A stretch of 64,000 nt of DNA from an uncultured Planctomycetales bacterium (GTDB lineage Bacteria > Omnitrophota > Gorgyraeia > Zapsychrales > Fredricksoniimonadaceae): NCBI GenBank assembly GCA_964520655.1, contig CAZFNI010000005.1:48852-112851 (forward strand), in the 5' to 3' direction. The notes beneath the pieces are model-generated. The model was not told the origin of the DNA, ran no database searches, and saw only the letters and a program-made list of their open reading frames with translations. Shown piece by piece: positions 41,063 through 50,708 of this stretch; the first letter of the stretch is position 1; every line of letters begins with the position of its first letter. The position numbers and the translations under genes were made by a program.

Positions 41063-42796
41063 TTGATGGCTCATTCCCAACCGCATGATCATGCTGTGCC
41101 TTTTTGGCGTAAATACATTTTCTCCACTGATCACAAGATCATCGGGATCCAATACGGCATCACATCCTTGATATTCTTACTTTTGGGTTTTGGCATGATT
41201 CTGCTCATGCGCTGGCAGCTGGCTAATCCTGGCGTGGCGCTGCCTTTGGTCGGAAAACTCTTTGGTGAGAACAATATGCCTGGCGGCGTGATGCTTCCAG
41301 AATTTTATAATCAGCTTGGCGCGATGCATGGAACCATCATGGTCTTTTTAGGTGTTGTTCCTTTAGCGGTTGGCGCCTTTGGTAATTATCTGGTGCCGCT
41401 TCAGATCGGCGCACCTGACATGTGTTTCCCCAAACTCAATATGATGAGCTATTGGGTTTATCTAACTGGCGGTCTTATCATGATGGCCAGTTTTTTCCTA
41501 CCTGGAGGGGCTGCTAATTCGGGATGGACTTCTTACCCGCCGCTATCAGAGTTCGCCACAATTGGGCAGACAGCATGGCTCATCGGAATGGTGTTTTTGA
41601 TCACATCCTCGTTGCTGGGGGCTGTCAATTTCATCTGTACGATTTTCCAATTAAGAGCGTCGGGCATGACCTGGATGCGTCTGCCATTCTTCACTTGGAC
41701 GCAATTGGTAACATCCTTTTTACTATTATTAGCTTTCCCACCGCTTGAAGCTGCCGGTGTGATGCAGTTAATGGACCGGCTTTTCCATACAAGTTTCTTT
41801 TTACCTTCTGGTCTTGTTGTTTCCGGCCAACCTCTGCACGTCAGCGGGGGAGGGAGCGTCCTGTTATGGCAGCACTTATTCTGGTTCCTCGCGCATCCAG
41901 AAGTTTATGTCTTGATCTTACCGGCACTCGGGATCGTTACCGAGATCATCGCCAATAATATCCGCAAACCCATCTGGGGATTGCGTACCATGATCTATTC
42001 CATCATCGGCTTAGGTTTTTTATCGTTCGTTGTTTGGGCTCACCACATGTATTTAACCAACATGGGAACAATGATCAGCGCGTTCTTCCAAACCACGACC
42101 ATGATGATCTCAATCCCTTCGGTTATTATCCTGACATGCTTGTTCATTTCCTTGTGGGGCGGTTCCATCCGTTTCAATACGCCGATGCTTTTCGCCATCT
42201 CTTTCTTACCGATGTTCGGATTAGGCGGGTTAACAGGGCTTCCATTGGGATTGGCTTCTCCTGATATCCACCTGCATGATACCTATTATGTGATCGGACA
42301 TTTCCATTATGTAGTTGCTCCCGGAACGATCTTTGCCATGTTTGCCGGTATCTATTTTTGGTTCCCGAAATTAACCGGGAAGAAATTGAATGAATTTCTT
42401 GGTCAATTACATTTCTGGCCATCATTCGTTTGCATGAACTTTATCTTTTTTCCCATGCTGATCCAGGGATTAGCGGGTGTTTCCAGACGTTTGTACGACG
42501 GAGGAGCAAGCTACGCTCACGCTCAGCCGGTACTGTATTTAAACGGTGTTATGTCAACAGCCGCCTTTATTATGGGTGCAGTCCAATTCATTTTTATCAT
42601 TAATATTATCTGGACGTTGATCGCAGGCAAGAAAACCAATAGCGATAATCCATGGGATGCGACGACCCTTGAATGGGCAACACCAACACCGCCAGGGCAC
42701 GGTAATTTCACGCATCCGCCGATCGTTTATAAAGAACCTTATGAGTACAGTGTACCGGGTGCGCCTAAAGATTTTAGTCCGCAATTTGAGAAGTGA
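41063..42796 (+). CDS. ctaD: heme-copper oxidase subunit I (A-type aa3)
   Basis: FSTDHKIIGIQY N-terminus. 12+ TM. Conserved His ligands (WAHHMY, HYVV). Confidence 0.95.
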   Translation: MMAHSQPHDHAVPFWRKYIFSTDHKIIGIQYGITSLIFLLLGFGMILLMRWQLANPGVALPLVGKLFGENNMPGGVMLPEFYNQLGAMHGTIMVFLGVVPLAVGAFGNYLVPLQIGAPDMCFPKLNMMSYWVYLTGGLIMMASFFLPGGAANSGWTSYPPLSEFATIGQTAWLIGMVFLITSSLLGAVNFICTIFQLRASGMTWMRLPFFTWTQLVTSFLLLLAFPPLEAAGVMQLMDRLFHTSFFLPSGLVVSGQPLHVSGGGSVLLWQHLFWFLAHPEVYVLILPALGIVTEIIANNIRKPIWGLRTMIYSIIGLGFLSFVVWAHHMYLTNMGTMISAFFQTTTMMISIPSVIILTCLFISLWGGSIRFNTPMLFAISFLPMFGLGGLTGLPLGLASPDIHLHDTYYVIGHFHYVVAPGTIFAMFAGIYFWFPKLTGKKLNEFLGQLHFWPSFVCMNFIFFPMLIQGLAGVSRRLYDGGASYAHAQPVLYLNGVMSTAAFIMGAVQFIFIINIIWTLIAGKKTNSDNPWDATTLEWATPTPPGHGNFTHPPIVYKEPYEYSVPGAPKDFSPQFEK

Positions 42797-42811
42797 TCTA
42801 GAAGGAGAGAT

Positions 42812-43414
42812 ATGTCCGCGGAAACTATTCCTTATACAGTAGAAGAGAGACCAGATACCGGCTTTAATAATGCCACCTTAGGGATCTGGTTATTCATAGC
42901 TTCTGAGATCATGCTTTTTGGCGGCTTGCTTTCCGCTTATGTCTTGCTGCGGACAAGTGCGGCCAATTGGCCGATGGGTGCCAGTATACTTAATATACCG
43001 CTCGCCACATTAAATACGCTCATCCTTGTCATTTCTTCGATCGCGGTTGTTTTTGCCTGGGCCGCTATTCGTTCAGGCGATGTGCCCAGATTCCGTAAAT
43101 TCTGGATCATTTCAATTTTATGCGGCTTGGGATTTCTGGCACTTAAAACCTTCGAGTATTCGGTCAAATTCCATCACGGCCTTTATCCGTCCTCGAATAC
43201 CTTTCTGGCGACATATTTTACCCTGACGGGGCTGCACGCGCTGCATATTATCGGCGGTCTGATCGTCAATACCTATCTGTTGATCCCAGGCTTCGCAATG
43301 CAGAAAGAAGATCCTCACCGCTTTGCGCATCGTATCGAAATAGCAGGGATCTACTGGCATTTTGTGGACCTATTGTGGATCATTCTATTATTCCCGGTTT
43401 TGTACCTTTTATAG
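42812..43414 (+). CDS. ctaE: cytochrome c oxidase subunit III (5-TM short form)
   Basis: [21 protein letters not shown] and [11 protein letters not shown] motifs. Confidence 0.85.
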   Translation: MSAETIPYTVEERPDTGFNNATLGIWLFIASEIMLFGGLLSAYVLLRTSAANWPMGASILNIPLATLNTLILVISSIAVVFAWAAIRSGDVPRFRKFWIISILCGLGFLALKTFEYSVKFHHGLYPSSNTFLATYFTLTGLHALHIIGGLIVNTYLLIPGFAMQKEDPHRFAHRIEIAGIYWHFVDLLWIILLFPVLYLL

Positions 43415-43417
43415 AGG

Positions 43418-43783
43418 GTGACTATGTCGCAAATGCATGATGTCCCTAAAATGGTAGAAGTGTATAAGAAGCTCTTTATTTTGATCGTTTCTGTGACCGC
43501 ATTAGGGATCGTTCTATCGGCGCTGCATATGCCTCTTTTTTGGACGGTCATTATTGCATTATCGATCATTGTATTTAAAGGCAAGATCGTTTACGATTCA
43601 TTTAAAGATCTCTTGATAGGGAAGAATGCCCTGATCGTTGTTTTTATCCTGACCATTTTCTTTTTTTTGATGATCTTGTTATTGCCCTTATTCAACCACG
43701 AAAACCTCATCGTTGGGACTGAAGATATCTCAAAAGATATCCAAGCCCAGGAGCACGCACAAGGGGGTGGCCATGGGCATTAA
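43418..43783 (+). CDS. putative cytochrome c oxidase subunit IV-like small membrane protein (3 TM)
   Basis: 121 aa, three hydrophobic helices. Position after subunit III as in Bacillus-type ctaF. His-rich C-terminus (GGGHGH). Confidence 0.5.
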   Translation: MTMSQMHDVPKMVEVYKKLFILIVSVTALGIVLSALHMPLFWTVIIALSIIVFKGKIVYDSFKDLLIGKNALIVVFILTIFFFLMILLLPLFNHENLIVGTEDISKDIQAQEHAQGGGHGH

Positions 43784-43949
43784 AAATATCCACATACTTT
43801 TGATCACTGCAGCTGTCAGTATTTCGATGATCTTTGGGATCTGGGGATTAAATCATGATTACCAGATATTAGGGATCATTGCCCTTGTGATCGCTGTCGG
43901 ATTGGCGGTTTATGGTGTGCAATTCCTTAAAAAGGCCCAAACATTATGA
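43773..43949 (+). CDS. small membrane protein (58 aa, 2 TM) inside the oxidase operon
   Basis: MGIKNIHILLITAAVSISMIFGIWGLNHDYQILGIIALVIAVGLAVYGVQFLKKAQTL. The ATG overlaps the end of the preceding gene. Confidence 0.45.
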   Translation: MGIKNIHILLITAAVSISMIFGIWGLNHDYQILGIIALVIAVGLAVYGVQFLKKAQTL

Positions 43950-44107
43950 TCTGTGCTGTCTGTTTTGGTGACCCTTCATCGTTGGTCACACAGGGCTATA
44001 ATTACGGCATATTATCGCTGCTCGGTGTAGTGATAGCGGTTTTGATCGGTTTTGTATTCCTTTTTATCAATATTTCTAACCGCAGCAGGAGATCACCCTT
44101 ATGTTAG
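43946..44107 (+). CDS. small membrane protein (53 aa, N-terminal CxxC, 1 TM) inside the oxidase operon
   Basis: Hand translation: MICAVCFGDPSSLVTQGYNYGILSLLGVVIAVLIGFVFLFINISNRSRRSPLC. ATGA overlap with the upstream micro-ORF. Its 3' end contains the AGGAGA RBS and the ATG of coxB. Confidence 0.4.
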   Translation: MICAVCFGDPSSLVTQGYNYGILSLLGVVIAVLIGFVFLFINISNRSRRSPLC

Positions 44108-44865
44108 GTTTACCGCCTATTGCTTCCGCTCATGGTTACCAGATAGATCAGATGATATATCTGATCCATGGCTTAATGCTTCTATTATTTGTCGGGTGGG
44201 GCGTTTTTTTTATCATCACACTCATCCGTTTCAACAAATGGGCAAATCCAAAAGCTAATTATCACGGTGTTCAAAGTCATATCTCCAGCACGTTGGAGGT
44301 CGCTGTTGTCGTGGCCGAAGTTATCCTGCTGGTATGTTTTTCCATACCGTTCTGGTCAAAGCAGATCAATTCTTTTCCAAACAGGCCGGATGCGATCGAA
44401 CTGCGTGTTATTGCCGAACAGTTCGCGTGGAATATCCATTATCCAGGTAAAGACGGTAAATTCGGCAAGACGAAGATCGCGCTCATCGATCAGCAAAACA
44501 ATCCCATTGGTTTAGACGTCACCGACCCCAACGCAAAAGATGATTTCACCACTGTCAATCAAATGCATATACCAGTGGGCCGTCCAGTGATCGTATATTT
44601 ATCATCGAAAGATGTGATCCATTCTTTTGCCTTGCCGATCATGCGCGTCAAACAGGATGTGATACCTGGCATGGCGATCAAAACATGGTTCGTACCGACA
44701 AAGACAGGGAAATCCGAGATCGCCTGCGCGCAATTATGCGGCATTGGTCACTATCGGATGAAGGGTTATTTAACGGTCGATTCTCAAAAAGATTACGATG
44801 AATGGATTTCTAAACAAACGCCTGCAGGCGGCGCCGGATCTTCCGGTGATAACTTCTGGAACTAA
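44101..44865 (+). CDS. ctaC: cytochrome c oxidase subunit II (CuA, no fused cytochrome c domain)
   Basis: CuA site HSFALPIMRV...CAQLCGIGHYRM (H, C-x3-C-x3-H-x2-M). No CXXCH. Confidence 0.9.
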   Translation: MLGLPPIASAHGYQIDQMIYLIHGLMLLLFVGWGVFFIITLIRFNKWANPKANYHGVQSHISSTLEVAVVVAEVILLVCFSIPFWSKQINSFPNRPDAIELRVIAEQFAWNIHYPGKDGKFGKTKIALIDQQNNPIGLDVTDPNAKDDFTTVNQMHIPVGRPVIVYLSSKDVIHSFALPIMRVKQDVIPGMAIKTWFVPTKTGKSEIACAQLCGIGHYRMKGYLTVDSQKDYDEWISKQTPAGGAGSSGDNFWN

Positions 44866-44868
44866 ATC

Positions 44869-45873
44869 ATGAATGAATCTCACATCTTTCTGCGCCGTTT
44901 CTCCAAAATTCTTTCTTTTGTCACACTGCTCTTGATCTATTTAGGAGCTTTGGTAAAAAGCACTGATTCAGGCTTATCTGTACCCGATTGGCCGACGACA
45001 TATGGCAAATTCATGTTCAGTTTTCCCTTGGATCAAATGGCAGGGGGGATCAAATATGAACATACCCATCGGATGCTGGCCTCAATTGTGGGTCTCATGT
45101 CATTGACGTTATGCGTACTTTTGCTTAGATCCAATGTCCCTGTCTGGATCAAACGTTTAGGGATCGCATCATTTGTTTTAGTCGCGGCGCAAGGCCTTTT
45201 GGGTGGGCTCACGGTCATTCATTTCCTGCCAGTCTCTTTATCTTCCTTACACGGTGTATTTGGACAGTCATTTTTCGTGGTCTGTTTAATGATCTCTTAT
45301 GGTCTTTCCGTTGAACGCGGCTTACGTCTCAACGCCTCTGAAGAATATGATGGGAAATTCATCCGTTTTGTATTGATTTTAACGGGAATGGTCTTTATTC
45401 AACTGATCATCGGCAATATCCTGCGTCACACGAATTCCGGTCTCGCTATCCCTGATTTCCCAACAACAGGTGGAACATTCATCCCGACAATGAATCAAGC
45501 AATGTTAGAGAGGATCAATGTTTGGCGTTTTGAGCATAATTTGGATCCTGTGAAAATGGGTCAGGTCCATATCCATTTGACCCACCGTATCTGGGGGGTG
45601 TTGATCCTGTTAAAATTGATCTTTATCAATCAGGTCGCATACAAACGCTATTTGAACAACATGCTTGTCATGAAAACATTATTCTGGCTTAATATGGCTG
45701 TCGTTCTCCAGATCGGACTGGGGATCGGAACCGTATTAATGGAAAAAGAACCTGTCACAACAACACTACACGTCACGGTTGGAGCCATTGTTCTGGCGCT
45801 TAGTTTCCTGTTGTTCCTGCGGGCGTCACCGTGCACGATCGCTGCTTATCAGAAAGCCATTGCAAAAAAATGA
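44869..45873 (+). CDS. ctaA: heme A synthase (CtaA/COX15 family)
   Basis: 8 TM with paired His-containing helices (EHTHRML; HLTHRIWG). Confidence 0.85.
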   Translation: MNESHIFLRRFSKILSFVTLLLIYLGALVKSTDSGLSVPDWPTTYGKFMFSFPLDQMAGGIKYEHTHRMLASIVGLMSLTLCVLLLRSNVPVWIKRLGIASFVLVAAQGLLGGLTVIHFLPVSLSSLHGVFGQSFFVVCLMISYGLSVERGLRLNASEEYDGKFIRFVLILTGMVFIQLIIGNILRHTNSGLAIPDFPTTGGTFIPTMNQAMLERINVWRFEHNLDPVKMGQVHIHLTHRIWGVLILLKLIFINQVAYKRYLNNMLVMKTLFWLNMAVVLQIGLGIGTVLMEKEPVTTTLHVTVGAIVLALSFLLFLRASPCTIAAYQKAIAKK

Positions 45874-46733
45874 ATAGATCCATCCTCAACGCTTGCATAA
45901 AGATGGCAAAGCCGAACATCTGCCTGTCGGTCATGATCACGACTGTATGGGGTTTTTATTTTGCCAAAAGCGGGATTAAGGACTTTTCATTATTATTTTG
46001 GACGCTTCTAGGAACAGCTCTTTCCTGCGGCGGTTCATCCATCCTTAATCAATACTTGGAAAGAGATGTGGATGCTTTGATGCAGAGGACAAAAACACGT
46101 CCTATTCCCATGGGGATCGTCAGCCCCAATAATGCCATGTACTCAGGTATTCTTCTTGTGTTGCTTGGCGTATTTATCTTAATGGTGAAGGTTAATCTAT
46201 TGACAGCCTTTTTATGCTTATTAACCGCATTCCTGTATGTTCTTGTGTATACGCCCATGAAACGCCTGAGTTGGCTTAATACCACCATTGGGGCTATCCC
46301 AGGGGCTTTACCGACAATTGGCGGATGGTCAGCGGCAAGCGGTACGATCGATCCTGGTGCATGGATCCTTTTCTTTATTTTGTTTTCCTGGCAGCATCCT
46401 CATTTCTTTGCCATTTCCTGGATGTACAAAGAGGACTATAAAAAAGCTGGGTTCAAAATGCTGCCGTGTGTATATCCGGAGGGACGTTTTACATTTGCCC
46501 AAATGATGGCTTTTTGTTTTGCCTGCATTGCCTTTTCCTTAATGCCGTCAATGATCGGGATGAGCGGTAAAGTATATTTCTGGGGGGCTCTATTTCTAGG
46601 AACATTGCTTGTCATCCCGACACTCATGTTTAGAACAAATTATTCCATAGCCAATGCTCGAAAGGTCTTGGCGGCGTCGATCCTTTATTTACCATTACTA
46701 TTATTCTTTATCGTGTTGGATGTCATTCTCTGA
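45870..46733 (+). CDS. ctaB: protoheme IX farnesyltransferase (heme O synthase)
   Basis: UbiA-family motifs (NQYLERDVDALMQRTKTRPIP; YT..KR). ATGA overlap with ctaA. The ORF-track start 45831 lies inside ctaA. Confidence 0.9.
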   Translation: MNRSILNACIKMAKPNICLSVMITTVWGFYFAKSGIKDFSLLFWTLLGTALSCGGSSILNQYLERDVDALMQRTKTRPIPMGIVSPNNAMYSGILLVLLGVFILMVKVNLLTAFLCLLTAFLYVLVYTPMKRLSWLNTTIGAIPGALPTIGGWSAASGTIDPGAWILFFILFSWQHPHFFAISWMYKEDYKKAGFKMLPCVYPEGRFTFAQMMAFCFACIAFSLMPSMIGMSGKVYFWGALFLGTLLVIPTLMFRTNYSIANARKVLAASILYLPLLLFFIVLDVIL

Positions 46734-47724
46734 TCGTTTTCTTAAACTACAGGTCCTATTCACCGCTTTAGTCCTTGTTCTGTTCGTTGCCTACAAAAAC
46801 GTTCATTCCAACAGCGGACTGCCTGTACTGGGCCATGTCAATGATTTTTCGCTCACCTCACAGCATAACGCATCATTTTCTTTAAAAGACCTCAACGGGA
46901 GCGTCTGGGTCGCTGATTTTGTTTTTACGACCTGCTCCGGCATTTGTCCGGGTATGAGCACGCACATGTCAGGTATATCAAAAGCGTATAATGCCTATAA
47001 AGATGTCCGCATGGTCTCCATCACGGTGAATCCGGAGAATGATACACCGGATGTGTTGACAAAATACTTGAAGAAATACGGAGCAAATGACCGCTGGACA
47101 TTCTTGACAGGAACAAGGGATCAGATCCAGAAACTAGCTGTCGAAAGTTTTAAAATAGGGGACATGAAGGAGATTGTTTTTCACTCGTCGATGTTCGTGC
47201 TGGTAGACCAAAAGGCCAGGATCCGTGGATATTACGACAGTTCGGACGAGGATCGTATGAAAATGCTTTACGCTGATATCGGAGCGCTTCGCAAAGAACT
47301 CAATCTCCCGATCCTGCCGTCGATTAACGCCACTCTCAACGGTCTGGCGGGTATACTATTATTGTTCGGCTTTATGGCGATCAAAAATAAGCAAAAAGAA
47401 CTTCATAAAAGATTCATGCTGTCCGCGATCATTGCCTCATGCGTATTTTTGATGTCATACCTGTATTATCACGCCACAACCCATATTATCACCAGATATC
47501 AGGGGGAAGGGATGCTTCGCATGGCGTATTTCTTTATTCTGACGACTCATACGATCCTGGCGGCTGTGATCGTGCCATTGATACTGTTCGCTGTAAAGCA
47601 CGCCTTAAGGGGGAATTGGGAAGGACATACACGCATTACAAAGTGGCTTTATCCGTCCTGGGTGTATGTTTCCTTGACCGGAGTGATCGTATATTTAATG
47701 CTTTATGTGTTTAAACCTGCCTAA
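46720..47724 (+). CDS. SCO1/SenC copper chaperone fused to a C-terminal DUF420-like membrane domain
   Basis: N-terminal anchor, thioredoxin-like domain with CSGICP (C-x3-C-P) and downstream conserved His (VFHSS). C-terminal ~140 aa has 4 TM resembling DUF420, which is often encoded next to aa3 oxidase genes. An alternative ATG lies at 46654. Confidence 0.7.
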   Translation: MSFSDRFLKLQVLFTALVLVLFVAYKNVHSNSGLPVLGHVNDFSLTSQHNASFSLKDLNGSVWVADFVFTTCSGICPGMSTHMSGISKAYNAYKDVRMVSITVNPENDTPDVLTKYLKKYGANDRWTFLTGTRDQIQKLAVESFKIGDMKEIVFHSSMFVLVDQKARIRGYYDSSDEDRMKMLYADIGALRKELNLPILPSINATLNGLAGILLLFGFMAIKNKQKELHKRFMLSAIIASCVFLMSYLYYHATTHIITRYQGEGMLRMAYFFILTTHTILAAVIVPLILFAVKHALRGNWEGHTRITKWLYPSWVYVSLTGVIVYLMLYVFKPA

Positions 47725-48057
47725 GATCAGATCCAGCCGCTTTTTGGCCTGGCCCACAACAAACTCCTTCTGGCCAAGCAAAGTCCCGTAAACGACAAAT
47801 CCGATCATATAGGTTGTTGAGATCAAGGGGATGTAAACAAGTACTTTGATCCACATCGGCGTTTTTTCTGTTATCCCGAACAGATGAAAGACTGGATTTC
47901 TGACAAAAACGATCGTGATCCCGGCTAAAGAATAGGCAAGCATCCTTAACCAATAAACCTTTTCATTATCAATGCCCATGCGTTTCATAAAATTCTTTTT
48001 AAAGATAAATAAGCATATTGTCCCAATGAGGATAAAAATGCGAAAGAAAGTTCTCAT
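47695..48057 (-). CDS. small polytopic membrane protein (120 aa), unknown function
   Basis: 3-4 hydrophobic helices. AAAGGA RBS 8 nt upstream of the ATG on the minus strand. 3' end overlaps the convergent SCO1-DUF420 gene by 30 nt. Confidence 0.45.
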   Translation of the reverse strand: MRTFFRIFILIGTICLFIFKKNFMKRMGIDNEKVYWLRMLAYSLAGITIVFVRNPVFHLFGITEKTPMWIKVLVYIPLISTTYMIGFVVYGTLLGQKEFVVGQAKKRLDLILGRFKHIKH

Positions 48058-48384
48058 GATATTCCTTTTAAGTCTTTAACGACAATTGATAAAAAGATCA
48101 TCCCGATAATTAGTGTCAACACCGCGGCAATTGCCAGGACGGCGATCATTTTCATAAAACCGTCAGCGCCAACATCAAATTTCAATATCGTTCGGATATT
48201 ATTCTCTTTCATTGTAACGGCCTAATGTTTTAACAGCAATGATTGAATGATCCAGCCTATTAAAAACAAAACGCCCGCCATCAGGAAAATATGATGCGGC
48301 ATTAATGCCGGGAAATACTTGATGAATCCAAAAGCCATCACAGATAATCCCGACGCCTGAAAGATCTTCGCGAGCCAGTACATA

Positions 48385-48861
48385 TCACTTCTTGATCCCT
48401 GACATTTCCAGAATTATAAATGTATTGTCACGAAAACTCTGGTGCTGGATACGTTTCGCGTAGCAAAAATGGATAATACCTGCCAGAAGGAGCCCCTGAT
48501 AAACGAATTGAGGTATCTTACCAGTATCGGCCGCACCGTAAAGGATGAACGCGGTCATCAAGATCAGCAGATTGAGCATTTGGGCAGGATACATAAAACG
48601 TTTGATGGCGATCATCCGCTGATGAAAGTTCCCGTGGATCTTATGTTCTAGCATATATTCTTTCACGCTGACACCCGTGCCGACAAAAAAGAAAATGATC
48701 AATGTTTCCGTGAACAAATACACGATCGCGGTCAGGATCAAAAAAGACATTGGCGATGCCTTAAAGACATAAAAGGGCGATAAACTCTGGCCAAAAACAA
48801 TCCCTAGCATCAGGAATGATGCTAGGGAGAAGAAATAACAGCTATACATGAAAAACCACAT
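48385..48861 (-). CDS. polytopic membrane protein (158 aa, 4 TM), unknown function
   Basis: Starts 1 nt after the fdxA stop on the minus strand. Hydrophobic helices with a His-containing loop (EHKIHGNFHQRM). Confidence 0.5.
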   Translation of the reverse strand: MWFFMYSCYFFSLASFLMLGIVFGQSLSPFYVFKASPMSFLILTAIVYLFTETLIIFFFVGTGVSVKEYMLEHKIHGNFHQRMIAIKRFMYPAQMLNLLILMTAFILYGAADTGKIPQFVYQGLLLAGIIHFCYAKRIQHQSFRDNTFIILEMSGIKK

Positions 48862-48862
48862 T

Positions 48863-49144
48863 TTACTTCTTGTCTGCTAAGGGGGTCTTTCTTTCAGTGA
48901 TGACTGGAAGAGCCTTGGCCTTATCCGCGTTCAAGCTGACAAAGCTCTTATATTTCTCCGGCAGATCAGAATCAGAGAAGATCGCCTGAACAGGACATTC
49001 CGGGATACAGGCACCGCAATCAATACAAACTTCAGGATCAATGACAAGCATCTCGGCATCTTCGTGGAAACAGTCAACAGGACATACCGTGACGCAGTCA
49101 GTGTATTTGCACTTAATACAGGGTTCAGCAACTATGTGAGCCAT
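48863..49144 (-). CDS. fdxA: 7Fe ferredoxin ([3Fe-4S][4Fe-4S], Azotobacter FdI type)
   Basis: [18 protein letters not shown] ... [12 protein letters not shown] with spacing identical to 7Fe ferredoxins. Strong similarity to A. vinelandii FdI recalled from memory. Confidence 0.9.
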   Translation of the reverse strand: MAHIVAEPCIKCKYTDCVTVCPVDCFHEDAEMLVIDPEVCIDCGACIPECPVQAIFSDSDLPEKYKSFVSLNADKAKALPVITERKTPLADKK

Positions 49145-49163
49145 AATGTTCTCCTTTTTTCAG

Positions 49164-50708
49164 TTAACGAAATGATGAAAGTTCTGGCGCGGGCGACATC
49201 GCTTTTGTCACAGGCCGCACTTCACGGTGCAGAAATTTAGTTTGACGGGCGGAATCAGTCTTAACACCTTTGATCAAACGGACAAATTTCTGAACAAAAT
49301 AATCAATGAACGCTTTAAAGCCATGGATTTTCCTTAAAAGATCACCCACAGAATTAATGGAAATAAGCATACGCCAGATTTGTCTGGGACGCAAATAAAA
49401 TTCTTTAAGACCAATATCGATATGTTCATCAATGTCTTTATGAGAGAATTGAGGATACGATAACAAGGTGCGCTGTTCACCTGTTGGGGTTAACCAGTCG
49501 CGCCAATCTTTGGCTAAGAGATAGTTATTATCCTTTGCCCAGTTGTAGAGGGAAGTGCCGGGATAAGAAGCGACTCCTGTGATCTGTATCGTATCTAATG
49601 GCATTGACTTGGCTAGATCGATCGTTTTACGGGCTGAGGCTTTTGTCTCTCCTGGAGCCCCGATCATAAAACACCCATGGACTGTAAACCCAAGCCTGTG
49701 GGCTTCTTTCGAATATTCTCGTGCCATATTGACACTGACGCCGCCTTTACGGATAACACGAAGATTCTCATCTGTCCCAAACTCAAAACCGGTCATCAGC
49801 ATACGGCAGCCGGCCTCGCGCATTAAAGGCAGGAGGGAGAGGTCCGTATTAACTCTCATATTACAAGACCAGGTGATCTGCTTATTGATCCCTTTTTGAA
49901 TGATCAGGTCGCAGACTTCTTTGACATGCTTTGCCTCAGCAGCAAATGTGTCTGTTTCAAACATGATCTCGCGTATCTGCGGATGGAGTTTAAGGTCATG
50001 TTCCATTTCCGCCACAACTAACGCGGCCGAACGGTTACGTAATTTATATCCATACATCAGCTGGGGATCGCGGCAGAAGGTGCAGGCATTATTGCAGCCA
50101 CGGCCGGTGATGAGGGTCAGAAAAGGGAACTTTTTACCGCCGTCAGGATACCACTCTGGCTTGATCAGTTGCCAGGCCGGAAAAGGCAATTGATTGACGT
50201 CAATATCAGGACGGGGGAGATTGCGTATCACCTGTCCGTTCTTTGTCCAACATAACCCAAGATTCTTATCATCTGGTATTCCGTTCGCCAGATCAAGCAG
50301 TGTATAGTCATACTCACGCGGTAAAATGTAATCCACAACGCCGCGTCCGATCTCAAAGGTATTATCAACCTCGGCGGTGGCATGCTGGCCAACGAAAACA
50401 ACCCGGCAGCGCGTGCGTTTTTTGATCGTTTTAGCCTGTTCTATATCTGAATAGATGGACGGGGTGGTCACATGCATGACCAGCAATTCCGGTTTAAGCG
50501 CGATAGCTGTTTCGATCGATTGTTCTTCAGTGAAATTACGCGCGGCAGCTTCCACAAAATGGGTATCGTGGCCGGCATCCAAAAGGACTTGGGCTGCTGT
50601 CAACAGGTACTCCGGATGACGCTGCACACGGCCGCGGGACTTGGCTGCCCAGCGGGCAACACGCACGAAATTTTCGCCGAAGGAAGGATTAAGAATGACA
50701 ACTTTCAT
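49164..50708 (-). CDS. B12-binding domain radical SAM protein (class B; BchE/HpnJ-like family, C-terminal DUF4070-like region)
   Basis: N-terminal cobalamin-binding-like domain (MKVVILNPSF...). Radical SAM CNNACTFC (CxxxCxxC). Start taken at MKVVIL (the ORF track extends to 50756). Confidence 0.8.
   Translation of the reverse strand: MKVVILNPSFGENFVRVARWAAKSRGRVQRHPEYLLTAAQVLLDAGHDTHFVEAAARNFTEEQSIETAIALKPELLVMHVTTPSIYSDIEQAKTIKKRTRCRVVFVGQHATAEVDNTFEIGRGVVDYILPREYDYTLLDLANGIPDDKNLGLCWTKNGQVIRNLPRPDIDVNQLPFPAWQLIKPEWYPDGGKKFPFLTLITGRGCNNACTFCRDPQLMYGYKLRNRSAALVVAEMEHDLKLHPQIREIMFETDTFAAEAKHVKEVCDLIIQKGINKQITWSCNMRVNTDLSLLPLMREAGCRMLMTGFEFGTDENLRVIRKGGVSVNMAREYSKEAHRLGFTVHGCFMIGAPGETKASARKTIDLAKSMPLDTIQITGVASYPGTSLYNWAKDNNYLLAKDWRDWLTPTGEQRTLLSYPQFSHKDIDEHIDIGLKEFYLRPRQIWRMLISINSVGDLLRKIHGFKAFIDYFVQKFVRLIKGVKTDSARQTKFLHREVRPVTKAMSPAPELSSFR

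Noticed and set aside
48076-48383. Specific tiny ORFs (about 45 aa and about 49 aa) on the minus strand between the 158-aa and 120-aa membrane genes
   Set aside because: Not reported as features because my base-level reading of this stretch was inconsistent by one nucleotide, and one of the two frames may close after about 14 codons. Left as a region-level finding instead.
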